Positions 19,701-30,224 of a DNA stretch of 64,000 nucleotides are shown here, piece by piece (positions within the stretch are counted from its first letter, which is position 1; every line of letters begins with the position of its first letter). The translations under genes were made by a program, and so were the position numbers. The notes beneath the pieces were generated by a model, which searched no databases, was not told where the DNA came from, and saw only the letters and a program-made list of their open reading frames with translations. Origin of the DNA: Escherichia phage PE37; sequence record NC_054929.1. One strand, 5' to 3'.

Positions 19701-19793
19701 ATTAGCACCAACGTCATCCCAGCGTACTTGCACCTGATTTGCGGATAACTTGGAAATTCTGAGACTAGTGACTGAAGGTGCTTTTACTGTCAT
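16695..19793 (-). CDS. 7: baseplate wedge protein gp7
   Basis: 1032 aa, T4 gp7 length. Confidence 0.9.
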   Translation of the reverse strand: MTVKAPSVTSLRISKLSANQVQVRWDDVGANFYYFVEIAETKTNSGENLPSNQYRWINLGYTANNSFFFDDADPLTSYVIRVSTAAQDFEQSDWIYTEEFETFATNAYTFQNMIEMQLANKFIQEKFTLNNSNYVNFNNDTIMAALMNESFQFSPSYADVSSISNFIIGENEYHEIQGSIQQVCKDINRVYLMESEGILYLFERYQPVVKVSNDKGQTWKAVKLFNDRVGYPLSKTVYYQSANTTYVLGYDKIFYGRKSTDVRWSADDVRFSSQDITFAKLGDQLHLGFDVEIFATYATLPANVYRIAEAITCTDDYIYVVARDKVRYIKTSNAPIDSDPLSPTYSERLFEPDTMTITGNPKAVCYKMDSIGDKVFALIIGEVETLNANPRTSKIIDSADKGIYVLNQDTKTWKRVFGNTEEERRRIQPGYANMSTDGKLVSLSSSNFKFLSDNVVNDPKTAVKYQLIGAVKYEFPREWLADKHYHMMAFIADEKSDWETFTPQPMKYYAEPFFNWSKKSNTRCWINNSDKAVVVYADLKYTKVIENIPETSPDRLVHEYWDDGDCTIVMPNVKFTGFKKYASGMLFYKSSGEIISYYDFNYRVRDTVEIIWKPTEVFLKAFLQNQERETPWSPEEEHGLADPDLRPLIGTMMPDSYLLQDSNFEAFCEAYIQYLSDGYGTQYNNLRNLIRNQYPREEHAWEYLWSEIYKRNIYLNADKRDAVARFFESRSYDFYSTKGIEASYKFLFKVLYNEEVEIEIESGAGTEYDVIIQSDSLTEDLVGQTIYTATGRCNVTYIERSYSNGKLQWTVTIHNLLGRLIAGQEVKAERLPGFEGEIIRGVKGKDLLQNNIDYINRSRSYYVMKIKSNLPSSRWKSDVIRFVHPVGFGFIAITLLTMFINVGLTLKHTETIINKYKNYKWDSGLPTEYADRVAKLTPTGEIEHDSVTGEAIYEPGPMAGVEYPLPDDYNAENNNSIFQGQLPSERRKLMSPLFDASGTTFAQFRDLVNKRLKDNIGNPRDPENPTQVKIDE

Positions 19794-21772
19794 TGTGATA
19801 TAGGCTCCAAATCGATAGTTAAGTATTGTGGACGTAAGTCATTTTCAAATACAATCAGTGAACCATCGCGAGTAAAGATAACATCATCGGTTGGGTCAGA
19901 ATATAATTCAATAGTCTGAACTTCAAATTTTTCAGATGTTAAATTAATTTTAGCGATATTCCAATAAATCATGTCAGCTGGATAATTTATTTCACCGATA
20001 ACATAGTATTTGTCGCGTCCATCAGAATTTGCTAATTTGTTAAAATCGTTGCCTGTATACGGCTGAATGTTTTCATTTTCTGTAACATCGCCAGAAGCAA
20101 ATGGACCAATAATAACTTTACCAATTCCTTTAGAATCTCGGTCTGTTGATACTATACGAACGTCATATAATACATCTTCTTCTAAACCAGTATCAGGATT
20201 TACAACCTTTCGTCCAGAATTAAATGAAAACGTATTAGATTCCATAGAACGGTCTTTTATTTGATTATTGTATTTAATACCTGCTTCAGGAGTTTTATAG
20301 AAGTTTTGTACTTCACGAACAATTTGAATTGTCGCTGATGAACCAATGATAGAATGATCTGCATCATCTACATATGTCAACATCTTAGACTTGGCAAAAG
20401 ACGAGTTAAAAATTTCTACATCTTCGGTATAATAACGATCAATTTTATCAATTATTTGACCTTCGAGCCACTGTTCGGATTCTTGCAGCTTATTTAAAGC
20501 ATATGTGACTTTTAAATTAGTCTTAATAAAAAGATAATTAGGAGAAATAATTGATGGCGTAATAGGAGCTAAATTATAGTCTTTGAGATAATTTTTAATA
20601 TCTTCACGTTGTACAGTAGTTAAATACAATCCTGATTTAGGTTTAGCAGCAATAAATGCATAACCAGGTTTAGTAGAATCAGTGAAAGTCTGAACGGCTT
20701 GAATAATAGAACCAAATCTTTCTGAGACAAATGTATCATAATCTGTCGCAGTTACACATCGCTGCTGAGTTTCACGCTTAATAGTACCCAATTCACGAAT
20801 ACGTTCAATATCTTCTGGATCACCGCCGCCATCTGCTCCGACAAAATCTGGGTCGTCGTTTGGATTTTCATTAATATTGATGACAGTTATATTTGTTAAT
20901 GTATCTGCATATGAAAATCCGACTGCGCCATTCGCATCTGCACCGTTAGTACTGATGTACTCAATAACAATCGTAGAGTTCTGGGTAGGTTTAAGACCTC
21001 CGATATAATTAGCGGTCAAAGCTCCTTCAGAAGCATTAACAGAAATTTCACCTTCGCCAAAATAAAATTCAGTATTTCCATCAATAGTTTCACGCATGTA
21101 GTAAATTGTTGATGTAGAACCAGCATGAACCATTGACTTTCTTGTCCAGTTAATCCATTCTGCTCCATCAACATACAGCTTAACTTGGTTTCTATCAATA
21201 TTTTTATCATAAATGATAATAGGTGTTAATTTATCATAAATGATTTCAGTTCTTACTATACGTCCCTGGGCCAATTTTAAACGTGGAAAATATTGGTTAT
21301 TTTTATCACGAATAGCAATAACGTCTTCGGTAGAAACGAAGTTATATGGATTAACAGAAGTATCTTTTGCATATGCTAAAAAGCGAGTTCCGCGAGGAAT
21401 AGTAATGTAATTCCTATTCAATGCGTCGGTGCATGTTAACATAATTTCGGTCTGCGCAGCGGATTTTGAAGTAGGTAAATATCCGTTATCTTGTGCAGCT
21501 TGAACAACTGAACTTCGTAAGTTAGCAGTACGCATAAAGCTTTCATACACAGCAGCATTACCAAACTGCTGAATGTACAATGTATTATAAGCCAAAAGGT
21601 CACACAGAACGTTTAATCTTGAGCCTTCAAAATCATAATCCAAAAATTCATTTTGGCCATTAAGCCATTCAATGAGGTTTTGTTTTATTTCAGCAAACGT
21701 ACCCCCGACGAATATCTCGGGAATAGCATTTGCTGTTCTTGTTAATTGATAATTTACAGGGGTATTTGCCAT
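19790..21772 (-). CDS. 6: baseplate wedge protein gp6
   Basis: 660 aa, T4 gp6 length. Confidence 0.9.
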   Translation of the reverse strand: MANTPVNYQLTRTANAIPEIFVGGTFAEIKQNLIEWLNGQNEFLDYDFEGSRLNVLCDLLAYNTLYIQQFGNAAVYESFMRTANLRSSVVQAAQDNGYLPTSKSAAQTEIMLTCTDALNRNYITIPRGTRFLAYAKDTSVNPYNFVSTEDVIAIRDKNNQYFPRLKLAQGRIVRTEIIYDKLTPIIIYDKNIDRNQVKLYVDGAEWINWTRKSMVHAGSTSTIYYMRETIDGNTEFYFGEGEISVNASEGALTANYIGGLKPTQNSTIVIEYISTNGADANGAVGFSYADTLTNITVININENPNDDPDFVGADGGGDPEDIERIRELGTIKRETQQRCVTATDYDTFVSERFGSIIQAVQTFTDSTKPGYAFIAAKPKSGLYLTTVQREDIKNYLKDYNLAPITPSIISPNYLFIKTNLKVTYALNKLQESEQWLEGQIIDKIDRYYTEDVEIFNSSFAKSKMLTYVDDADHSIIGSSATIQIVREVQNFYKTPEAGIKYNNQIKDRSMESNTFSFNSGRKVVNPDTGLEEDVLYDVRIVSTDRDSKGIGKVIIGPFASGDVTENENIQPYTGNDFNKLANSDGRDKYYVIGEINYPADMIYWNIAKINLTSEKFEVQTIELYSDPTDDVIFTRDGSLIVFENDLRPQYLTIDLEPISQ

Positions 21773-21780
21773 TTTAAATC

Positions 21781-22074
21781 CTATTTAATGAATACTTTAG
21801 ATGATGCCTGAGCCACAGTATCACCGCATGATATTGGATCAGCCATTTGAACAGCTTTCTTTCCAGTGACATATACCTTAGAAGTTCTAGGTTGTGTCAC
21901 TCCGCCATGTGTTTCATATGGCTTTTTAATTTCTGTATGTTCTGTAATTGGATCGCCTGCTACTAGAACAGCAATTCCTCCAGTGAATACTTTACTTTGT
22001 GTAGCATTCACAACTGTTGGAGGCCACGCTTCATGGCCAGCAGTAACACACTTATCATAACTTAATCCTGACAT
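21781..22074 (-). CDS. 5.4: gp5.4 PAAR-repeat spike tip protein
   Basis: 97 aa, Gly/His-rich small protein between 5 and 6 as in T4. Confidence 0.8.
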
Positions 22075-22632
22075 TTATGGCCTCTCATACACGTAGCTTC
22101 TCAGTTTATTAGCCCAACGACTCCAATTTCCAACTATAGTTTTAGTATAATTTTTAACGAGAGTTTTTCTTACTGGAGCAGGAGGATCTGTTGGTTCAGT
22201 AGTATCAGAAGATGACCTAGAATTACTGCCAGAACCCCCAGATTCACTTTGTTCTTGGTAGTCATATATTAATGTTACTTCATAAGTGAATGTCTTCTGG
22301 AGATTTTGAGGAGCTTTCCACAAATACAACTGAGTATCAGAATCAGTAGGAAGTTCTTCCCATGAAGCAGCAGTTTTAAATTCATCGCCTAAACGATATT
22401 TCAACGCGTCATTTCCGAAACCAAATACAGATTCATATGTTCCATATAAACGATTTTCTTCTACTAAAACCCCAGGAGTTTCTTCGTAACTAGTTATATT
22501 TATAGATACTAACGTTTCACCCGTTTCTAATTGAGCGGTAAAGGTGACGTCGATAGAAGAACCTTCCATGGATTCTCCTAAATCAGCGCTCATTGGAAGT
22601 ATATTAGCCAATGTCAATCCTCGATCCATCAA
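22075..22632 (-). CDS. 5.1: gp5.1-like hypothetical protein
   Basis: ORF between 5 and 5.4; start uncertain (track start is non-ATG; ATG candidates at 22627-22629 and 22591-22593). Confidence 0.6.
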
Positions 22633-24331
22633 TTGTGTATTGACCAGATGAAATAGAACTCATGGATGCCATTTTTTCTGTCCAATCACCACCGACATCC
22701 CAATCAACTGTCCCGGCAACTTTCCAAGAAAGATTTCCATTTACTGTGTTAGTTTGATTTCCTTCAACTAAAGTGGTAGCATCTCCTTTAACTGTAATGT
22801 CAGCATTGCCTTCAACTACAATAGTAACATTACCTTTGACTAGGATAGTTCCATTACCTTCAACCGTCTTAGTTTCATCGCCACGTACAAATATTGTATT
22901 GCTTCCATCTATTTGGTGAAGACGATTATCCATGTTGTAATAAATTTCTGATCCACCGACGTTAGTCTTTTTATCACCGGCTACCAAAAAATTACCATCA
23001 GCGTTGGTTATATCATACAAATTATCAACAGTTTTTCTTGTTCTTCTCCCTGACGGTGATACTTCTTCATAAGTTCCAGTTGGATGAACTAATCTATATC
23101 GTTCTTGCCCAGGGGTATCATCAAATTCCTGAATATGTCCACTTTCAGTTTCCATTGTATGCACATAAGGATATTCGCCTTTATATGAAGAAACAGGTTC
23201 TTTAAATAAAATTCTTGAATCATTCGGAATAGGAGGGTCAGCAGGGTCAGAAGATTTAGCTACAGTCGCAGCCATTGCCGATAAAGACCTAGCTGGAGTT
23301 TTCACTTCAACACCATATGATTCTAAATTCCCTGTAAGAATAATCATGGTAACACGGGATGCACGACCTTTTGTTTGTTGATACCACAATGAATCACGAC
23401 CGGCTTTATATGCTTTTTCCCAATCTCCTGCTAACATAGCAGTTAACATTGTGTTAAATTTAGCTACACCACCAACACCCATCTGAAATGCCATATTTTC
23501 TAATGCCATTTGACGAGAACGGTTGACAGCTTGCCAGACTGGTCCTACTTTAGAATGTGATTTAATGTCCCGTTGCATATCAGCCAAATCACGCTCAAAT
23601 AAAGTCGTCGCTTCTTCCATTGTAATAGAACCTGGGTTTCCAGTAATTTCACGACCAACTTGTTTTGATAAAACTTTATTAATTTGAGCCATATCACGAA
23701 CTGGCTGCTTCATGATAAGATGACCAATACCAATTGTCGGATATCCTTCGGTATCCCAATAAACTTTTAATCTTAATCCTTCATCACGGCGAAGCATTTC
23801 AGCCATTGACATATTTGGATTATCATCGGTTGGAATCTCTGATAGTGGTCTATCATCGGGATTTATTGCGGTGTCTAAGTTACTATCTTGAATAACGTTG
23901 GAAGAGGAATCATATCCTACTTCTCCACCTTGGTTTAGTACGTTAGTATCATTTCCTAAACGTCTAGGATACTGCCCAGTTGGGTCAGAAAATCCTTCAA
24001 GTCTATTCGGTTTTTCGCGAACTATTCCACCATACGTGCCAAGGACAATTCCGTTAGTTTTCCATTTGTCTAAAAAATGACCATAAACTCTAGTTCCTTC
24101 TACCGGTCCAGTAACAGAACCTCCAATTCCTGACATTGCTGCAGAAGTTATAGGTTGAATAACTGACATCCATGGTAATTTTTCAGTTGGAATACCCATT
24201 ACATCACCTTGTGCTCTTTGCGGTGGATGCAGGCCAACAACACGAACACGAACACGACCTAATTTTAATGGGTCCATTCTATCTTCAACAACACCAACAA
24301 ACCAATTAAGGTTATTACTTATCATTTCCAT
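22604..24331 (-). CDS. 5: baseplate hub + tail lysozyme gp5
   Basis: 575 aa; MEMISNNLNWFVGVVED; lysozyme segment EMLRRDEGLRLKVYWDTEGYPTIGIGHL. Confidence 0.95.
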   Translation of the reverse strand: MEMISNNLNWFVGVVEDRMDPLKLGRVRVRVVGLHPPQRAQGDVMGIPTEKLPWMSVIQPITSAAMSGIGGSVTGPVEGTRVYGHFLDKWKTNGIVLGTYGGIVREKPNRLEGFSDPTGQYPRRLGNDTNVLNQGGEVGYDSSSNVIQDSNLDTAINPDDRPLSEIPTDDNPNMSMAEMLRRDEGLRLKVYWDTEGYPTIGIGHLIMKQPVRDMAQINKVLSKQVGREITGNPGSITMEEATTLFERDLADMQRDIKSHSKVGPVWQAVNRSRQMALENMAFQMGVGGVAKFNTMLTAMLAGDWEKAYKAGRDSLWYQQTKGRASRVTMIILTGNLESYGVEVKTPARSLSAMAATVAKSSDPADPPIPNDSRILFKEPVSSYKGEYPYVHTMETESGHIQEFDDTPGQERYRLVHPTGTYEEVSPSGRRTRKTVDNLYDITNADGNFLVAGDKKTNVGGSEIYYNMDNRLHQIDGSNTIFVRGDETKTVEGNGTILVKGNVTIVVEGNADITVKGDATTLVEGNQTNTVNGNLSWKVAGTVDWDVGGDWTEKMASMSSISSGQYTIDGSRIDIG

Positions 24332-24905
24332 AAGATTTCTCCATTATACGTATAAGGTCGTTCATAAATGAATTGATGTCTGATTTTGCTATTATTTTTA
24401 TTTGACGAAGTTTTTCATTTTCAAGAACAGCAGCTTCATACGTATCGACCGCAGCAAGTGCTCCTTCATATTGAGGATATTTTCTAGCTTTATCGCCTTT
24501 ATCATACCAAACATATGGATTATCATCGTATGATACTAAATTATAAAATTTTTCACCGTTTTCATTCACATGATATACTATTTGGTCTCCACCTACGTTT
24601 TTGTATTTTTGTATAGATGCTTGATAAGCAGCTTCTTGCGAAGTAATCCATCCATAATATGGGTCATAACTATCATTACACATCAATAAAACCCAATACA
24701 ACTGTGGATTTCCATATATAGTATTTGCTAATTCTTCCGGGCGTGGTGAACCTTTAATATAATAAGTACGTAAGCGGTATCCCGCAAGAGCACGTTTGAA
24801 ATAGTCTTTATAGTTTCTAAAAATATCTGTCATAGGAATAGTCGGCGCGTTTTTATTCACCGTTTTGGCCGCATATTCAATCGGATCAAAAAATGTAAAG
24901 AGCAT
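24315..24905 (-). CDS. 53: baseplate wedge protein gp53
   Basis: 196 aa; late promoter upstream. Confidence 0.9.
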   Translation of the reverse strand: MLFTFFDPIEYAAKTVNKNAPTIPMTDIFRNYKDYFKRALAGYRLRTYYIKGSPRPEELANTIYGNPQLYWVLLMCNDSYDPYYGWITSQEAAYQASIQKYKNVGGDQIVYHVNENGEKFYNLVSYDDNPYVWYDKGDKARKYPQYEGALAAVDTYEAAVLENEKLRQIKIIAKSDINSFMNDLIRIMEKSYGNDK

Positions 24906-24918
24906 GGGCCCTCCTGTT

Positions 24919-24926
24919 TATAAATA
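24919..24926 (+). promoter_or_regulatory. late promoter for gene 4
   Basis: TATAAATA 27 nt upstream of ATG. Confidence 0.65.
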
Positions 24927-24933
24927 TATTATC

Positions 24934-24941
24934 TATTTATA
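24934..24941 (-). promoter_or_regulatory. late promoter for gene 53
   Basis: TATAAATA on minus strand about 29 nt upstream of ATG. Confidence 0.65.
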
Positions 24942-24952
24942 AGGAGAATCCA

Positions 24953-25405
24953 ATGGCATATTCTGGAAAATGGGTTCCTAAAAATATATCAAAGTATAGA
25001 GGTGACCCTAAAAAAATTACGTATAGATCAAATTGGGAAAAATTCTTTTTTGAATGGTTAGATAAAAATCCAGAAATTATTGCATGGGGTAGTGAAACAG
25101 CAGTAATTCCTTATTTTTGTAATGCAGAAGGGAAAAAACGTAGATACTTCATGGATATTTGGATGAAAGATTCTTCTGGACAAGAATTTTTTATTGAAAT
25201 AAAACCTAAAAAAGAAACACAACCACCAGTTAAACCAGCACATCTAACAACCGCAGCGAAGAAAAGATTTATGAATGAAATTTATACCTGGTCTGTGAAC
25301 ACTGATAAATGGAAAGCAGCACAATCTTTAGCTGAAAAGCGTGGAATAAAATTTAGAATTCTAACAGAAGATGGATTACGAGCTCTTGGCTTTAAGGGGG
25401 CATAA
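24953..25405 (+). CDS. 4: head completion protein gp4
   Basis: 150 aa; RBS GGAGA; late promoter TATAAATA 27 nt upstream. Confidence 0.9.
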
Positions 25406-26229
25406 TGGCTATTTTTCAAATAATTAATGAAAGCACTCCCCAAGTTCCAAAGGTTAAGCAATCATTAAACGAAAAGAAATGGATTCAAATAGGTCTTGAA
25501 TATAAAAAGGCCAAAGCAAAAGGAATGACAGGAAAGCAATTTGCTGAAGAAAGAGGAATTAAATATTCTACGTTTACTTCGGCAATGTCAAAATATGCTT
25601 CAGGAATTAAAACGGCTGAAAAGATTCAAAAGCTTGAATCAAAACCAATGAATAAACTCAATAAGCAAGAAAGACAACTGCTTATGATAAATTCATTCAG
25701 GCAAACATTGCGTGATAAAATTCGTAATGAAGGTGCAGCAATTAATAATAAAACCAGAAAGTGGTTTGCTGAAACTATTAAGCAGGTAAAAGGACATAAA
25801 GTTGTTCGCCCGCAGCCGGGACGAATATATGCTTTTGCTTACGATGCTAAACACAAGGAAACTCTTCCTTACTGGGATAAATTTCCTTTGATAATTTACC
25901 TTGGTTTAGGTAAGCATAATTTAATGTACGGATTAAACTTGCACTATATTCCACCTAAAGCTCGTCAGCAATTTCTAGAAGAGCTTTTAAAGCAATATGC
26001 AAATACACCTACTATTACTAATAAAACGAAATTAAAAATTGATTGGAGTCAAGTGAAAGGATTTAGGGGTGCAGACCAAATGATTAAGGCATATATACCT
26101 GGTAATATTATGGGTAGCCTTGTTGAAATCGCCCCGAAAGACTGGGCGAACGTTGTGTTAATGCCACTTCAGCAGTTCGTTTCAAAAGGAAAACGTTTCT
26201 CTGCAAACAAAGTCTGGTCAAATATCTAA
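25405..26229 (+). CDS. 2: DNA end protector protein gp2
   Basis: 274 aa, synteny. Confidence 0.9.
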
Positions 26230-26335
26230 TTCTATTATCTTCCATTCTTTTCTATTGTTTGTTCTAATTGGAATTGAATGGAAGGGACTTAGACCCATTA
26301 TACCACCAACATTTATGAAGCATTATGAGGAATAT

Positions 26336-26866
26336 ATGTCGCAAGCACTACAACAAATTTTTAACCAAGCAAATACAACTAACTTTGTAGTATCAATACC
26401 GCATAGTAATACTACATCTGCTTTTACTTTAAATGCTCAGTCAGTTCCTATTCCGGGAATTAGGATACCTGTTACTGATACCGTGACTGGGCCGTTTGGA
26501 CTAGGCCGAGCACAACGTCCAGGTGTTACATTTGAGTATGATCCACTCATTGTGAGATTTATAGTTGATGAAGAACTTAAGTCGTGGATAGGAATGTATG
26601 AATGGATGCTAGGAACTAGCAACTATCTTACAGGTGAAAATACTGCCCAAAAAACAGGTCCTGAGTACATTACGCTTTACATCTTAGATAATAGCAAAAC
26701 TGAAATCGTGATGTCAATAAATTTTTATAAGCCTTGGGTTTCTGACCTATCTGAAGTAGAATTTAGCTATACGGAAGATTCAGACCCGGCTTTAGTATGT
26801 ACTGCAACGATTCCTTACACCTATTTTCAAGTAGAAAAAGATGGAAAAATTATAGCAGAAGTTTAA
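26336..26866 (+). CDS. 3: tail completion / tube terminator gp3
   Basis: Start at internal ATG (MSQALQQIF, 176 aa) with GAGG RBS. Confidence 0.85.
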   Translation: MSQALQQIFNQANTTNFVVSIPHSNTTSAFTLNAQSVPIPGIRIPVTDTVTGPFGLGRAQRPGVTFEYDPLIVRFIVDEELKSWIGMYEWMLGTSNYLTGENTAQKTGPEYITLYILDNSKTEIVMSINFYKPWVSDLSEVEFSYTEDSDPALVCTATIPYTYFQVEKDGKIIAEV

Positions 26867-26890
26867 TGCTTCAGTTTTGTGTGTTATAAT
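26867..26890 (+). promoter_or_regulatory. middle promoter (MotA box + -10) for gene 1
   Basis: aaTGCTTCA, then 11 nt, then TATAAT with upstream TG. Confidence 0.55.
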
Positions 26891-26915
26891 CTTAATTAAA
26901 TTTGAGGAGAAACAC

Positions 26916-27640
26916 ATGAAACTAATCTTTTTAAGCGGTGTAAAGCGTAGTGGAAAAGATACTACTGCTGATTTTATCATGAGCAATTATTCTGCAGTTA
27001 AATACCAACTTGCTGGTCCTATTAAGGATGCATTGGCTTATGCATGGGGAGTATTTGCAGCAAACACTGACTATCCTTGCTTAACTCGTAAAGAGTTTGA
27101 AGGAATTGACTATGATCGTGAGACTAATTTAAATCTGACTAAATTAGAAGTAATCACGATTATGGAACAAGCATTTTGCTATCTTAATGGTAAAAGCCCA
27201 ATTAAGGGTGTGTTTGTTTTTGATGACGAAGGACAAGAATCAGTTAATTCCGTAGCATTTAACAAGATTATTGACGTTATAAATAATATTGAAGATCAAT
27301 GGTCAGTCCGTCGTCTGATGCAAGCCCTAGGTACGGATTTGATTGTTAATAACTTCGACCGCATGTACTGGGTAAAATTATTTGCTTTAGATTATCTTGA
27401 TAAATTTAACTCAGGTTATGATTATTATATCGTTCCTGATACTCGTCAAGATCATGAAATGGATGCGGCTAGGGCGATGGGTGCTACAGTAATTCATGTA
27501 GTTCGTCCTGGTCAAAAATCCAATGATACACATATTACAGAAGCTGGATTGCCAATTCGTGATGGCGATTTAGTAATTACAAACGATGGTTCTCTTGAAG
27601 AACTTTTTTCTAAAATTAAAAATACACTAAAGGTACTATA

Positions 27641-27641
<1 letters not shown>
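26916..27641 (+). CDS. 1: deoxynucleoside monophosphate kinase gp1
   Basis: MKLIFLSGVKRSGKDT P-loop, 241 aa; MotA-box middle promoter upstream. Confidence 0.9.
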
Positions 27642-28338
<697 letters not shown>

Positions 28339-28350
28339 TTTCATAAAGTT

Positions 28351-28381
28351 GTTTACATACTGATGAGGTAGTGATACTATT
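28351..28381 (+). promoter_or_regulatory. early promoter upstream of ipI
   Basis: ttcataaagttGTTTAC ... gtgaTACTAT; 10-bp inverted repeat TGATGAGGTA/TACCTCATCA spans the -10. Confidence 0.6.
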
Positions 28382-28410
28382 ACCTCATCAAAATTAATTA
28401 GGAAAATAAA

Positions 28411-28695
28411 ATGAAAACTTATCAAGAATTCACTTCAACGACTAACGCTTCTACTTTGACTGAAGCGACCCTTACTTCTGAAGTTATTAAAGCAAACAAA
28501 GGACGTGAAGGTAAACCGATGATTAGCCTGGTTGATGGCGAAGAAATCAAAGGTACTGTTTACCTAGGTGATGGGTGGTCTGCTAAAAAGGATGGTGCTA
28601 CAATCGTTATCTCTCCTGCTGAAGAAACTGCTTTGTTTAAAGCCAAGCATATTTCAGTAGCTCAGCTTAAAATTATTGCTAAAAATCTTTTGTAA
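28411..28695 (+). CDS. ipI: internal protein I-like, capsid-targeted
   Basis: N-terminal MKTYQEFTSTT capsid targeting sequence; position after 57B; early promoter upstream. Confidence 0.7.
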   Translation: MKTYQEFTSTTNASTLTEATLTSEVIKANKGREGKPMISLVDGEEIKGTVYLGDGWSAKKDGATIVISPAEETALFKAKHISVAQLKIIAKNLL

Positions 28696-28713
28696 TAAAT
28701 TTTTCACAAAGTT

Positions 28714-28744
28714 GTTTACATAGGGTTTTAGTTGTGATACTATT
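28714..28744 (+). promoter_or_regulatory. early promoter in repeated block
   Basis: tttttcacaaagttGTTTACa ... gtgaTACTATtaccctatcaactactgagg. Confidence 0.6.
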
Positions 28745-28771
28745 ACCCTATCAACTACTGAGGAGAATAAA

Positions 28772-28957
28772 ATGAAACGCTGTGAATTAATTCGAAATGT
28801 TGCTATTGCAATTTCTGCTTCCGCTTTTAGTTTTTCAATGTTTGTTGGATTTATATGCGGATTATTGACTACAGCAGAAAATGTTTTTTCACTTGTAGTA
28901 GCATTTTTAATTAGTTTAATTGCTATCGTTATGGATAAAATTTCTAAAGGTGAATAG
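28772..28957 (+). CDS. small membrane protein (2 TM)
   Basis: 61 aa, hydrophobic; GGAG RBS; early promoter upstream. Confidence 0.5.
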   Translation: MKRCELIRNVAIAISASAFSFSMFVGFICGLLTTAENVFSLVVAFLISLIAIVMDKISKGE

Positions 28958-28958
28958 A

Positions 28959-29339
28959 ATGTATAAAGTGTACGCGGATTATCAGGCTAATCCATCTGAA
29001 AAGCCAGATTGCCAAATTGGATGGGCTCATGATACCCTGCTTGAAGCAGTAGATGCTGCTCAAAAATTAGGATATAAATATGTAGAGATTGTTCAACCGA
29101 CAGGAAAAGTTATTACTCTTGAAGAGTTCAATAATATTAAACCGAACTTTTTACTTTTTGCAGGTGATAATTATTATCCTCGCGGTGGATATGCTGATTT
29201 AATCGCGAAAGCCGCTACCGAAGATGAACTCCGTGACATTATCAAAGAAAATGAGAACAAACCAATGTATGGTTCTAATCGCTTTGATTGGTGGCAAATC
29301 GTAAATGCCCACACTCATACTATTGTTGATGAAGGCTGA
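28959..29339 (+). CDS. hypothetical protein
   Basis: ATG after AGGTGA RBS (MYKVYADYQ...). Confidence 0.55.
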   Translation: MYKVYADYQANPSEKPDCQIGWAHDTLLEAVDAAQKLGYKYVEIVQPTGKVITLEEFNNIKPNFLLFAGDNYYPRGGYADLIAKAATEDELRDIIKENENKPMYGSNRFDWWQIVNAHTHTIVDEG

Positions 29340-29341
29340 TA

Positions 29342-29629
29342 ATGATTCTTTATGCGAAAGTATCGTCCATTGAAAATGGATATAAATATGATCAAGACGC
29401 GGCTAAAGCCTTGATTGATGATTATGGCGTTTTAACATGTTTTGAAGTTGAAAAGGTTTACATTGACCGTTCATCTTCTCAAGTTAAATTAGTAAAGGAA
29501 GACCGTAAATTTAATACAGTAAATTTTGATTTCTTTATTGAAACGGAAAAAGGTCCTCTTGAATATGATATTTTCAAGAATCCTTTGGGTCTTGAATGCA
29601 TCGTAAATATGTATTATCATAAATGGTAA
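29342..29629 (+). CDS. hypothetical protein
   Basis: 95 aa ORF, ATGA overlap with upstream. Confidence 0.55.
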   Translation: MILYAKVSSIENGYKYDQDAAKALIDDYGVLTCFEVEKVYIDRSSSQVKLVKEDRKFNTVNFDFFIETEKGPLEYDIFKNPLGLECIVNMYYHKW

Positions 29630-29726
29630 ATATGCTTTAAGAATTATTTGTTATTATTAACTCATATCGCATTGATTAATACCCTCTATCATCAAGGGTT
29701 CTTTCCTGAGAGCCTTTGTTAATAAT

Positions 29727-29799
29727 TGGGAATTAGCCAAGTTGGTAAGGCACTGGATTTTGATTCCAGGATGCAAAGGTTCGAGTCCTTTATTCCCAG
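29727..29799 (+). tRNA. tRNA-Gln (anticodon UUG)
   Basis: Cloverleaf folded by eye: acceptor TGGGAAT/ATTCCCA, anticodon loop TTTTGAT, T-arm GGTTCGAGTCC; CCA not encoded. Confidence 0.8.
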
Positions 29800-29800
29800 C

Positions 29801-29887
29801 GCGAGAATGGTCAAATTGGTAAAGGCACAGCACTTAAAATGCTGCGGAATGATTTCCTTGTGGGTTCGAGTCCCACTTCTCGCACCA
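29801..29887 (+). tRNA. tRNA-Leu (anticodon UAA), type II
   Basis: Acceptor GCGAGAA/TTCTCGC, loop CTTAAAA, long variable arm, CCA encoded. Confidence 0.85.
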
Positions 29888-29892
29888 AATTT

Positions 29893-29966
<74 letters not shown>

Positions 29967-29976
29967 ATTTAATTTA

Positions 29977-30050
29977 CTCCGTGTAGCTCAGTTTGGTAGA
30001 GCGCCTGATTTGGGATCAGGAGGTCCAAGGTTCAAATCCTTGTATGGAGA
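29977..30050 (+). tRNA. tRNA-Pro (anticodon UGG)
   Basis: Anticodon arm CCTGA-TTTGGGA-TCAGG, T-arm CAAGGTTCAAATCCTTG; acceptor has G-U pairs; CCA not encoded. Confidence 0.8.
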
Positions 30051-30052
30051 CT

Positions 30053-30142
30053 GGAGGCGTGGCAGAGTGGTTTAATGCACCGGTCTTGAAAACCGGCAGT
30101 CGCTCCGGCGACTCATAGGTTCAAATCCTATCGCCTCCGCCA
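30053..30142 (+). tRNA. tRNA-Ser (anticodon UGA), type II
   Basis: Acceptor GGAGGCG/CGCCTCC, loop CTTGAAA, long variable arm, CCA encoded. Confidence 0.85.
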
Positions 30143-30147
30143 GTTTT

Positions 30148-30223
30148 GCTGATTTAGCTCAGTAGGTAGAGCAACTCACTTGTAATGAGAAGGTCGGCGG
30201 TTCGATTCCGTCAATCAGCACCA
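30148..30223 (+). tRNA. tRNA-Thr (anticodon UGU)
   Basis: Acceptor GCTGATT/AATCAGC, loop CTTGTAA, CCA encoded. Confidence 0.85.
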
Positions 30224-30224
30224 A

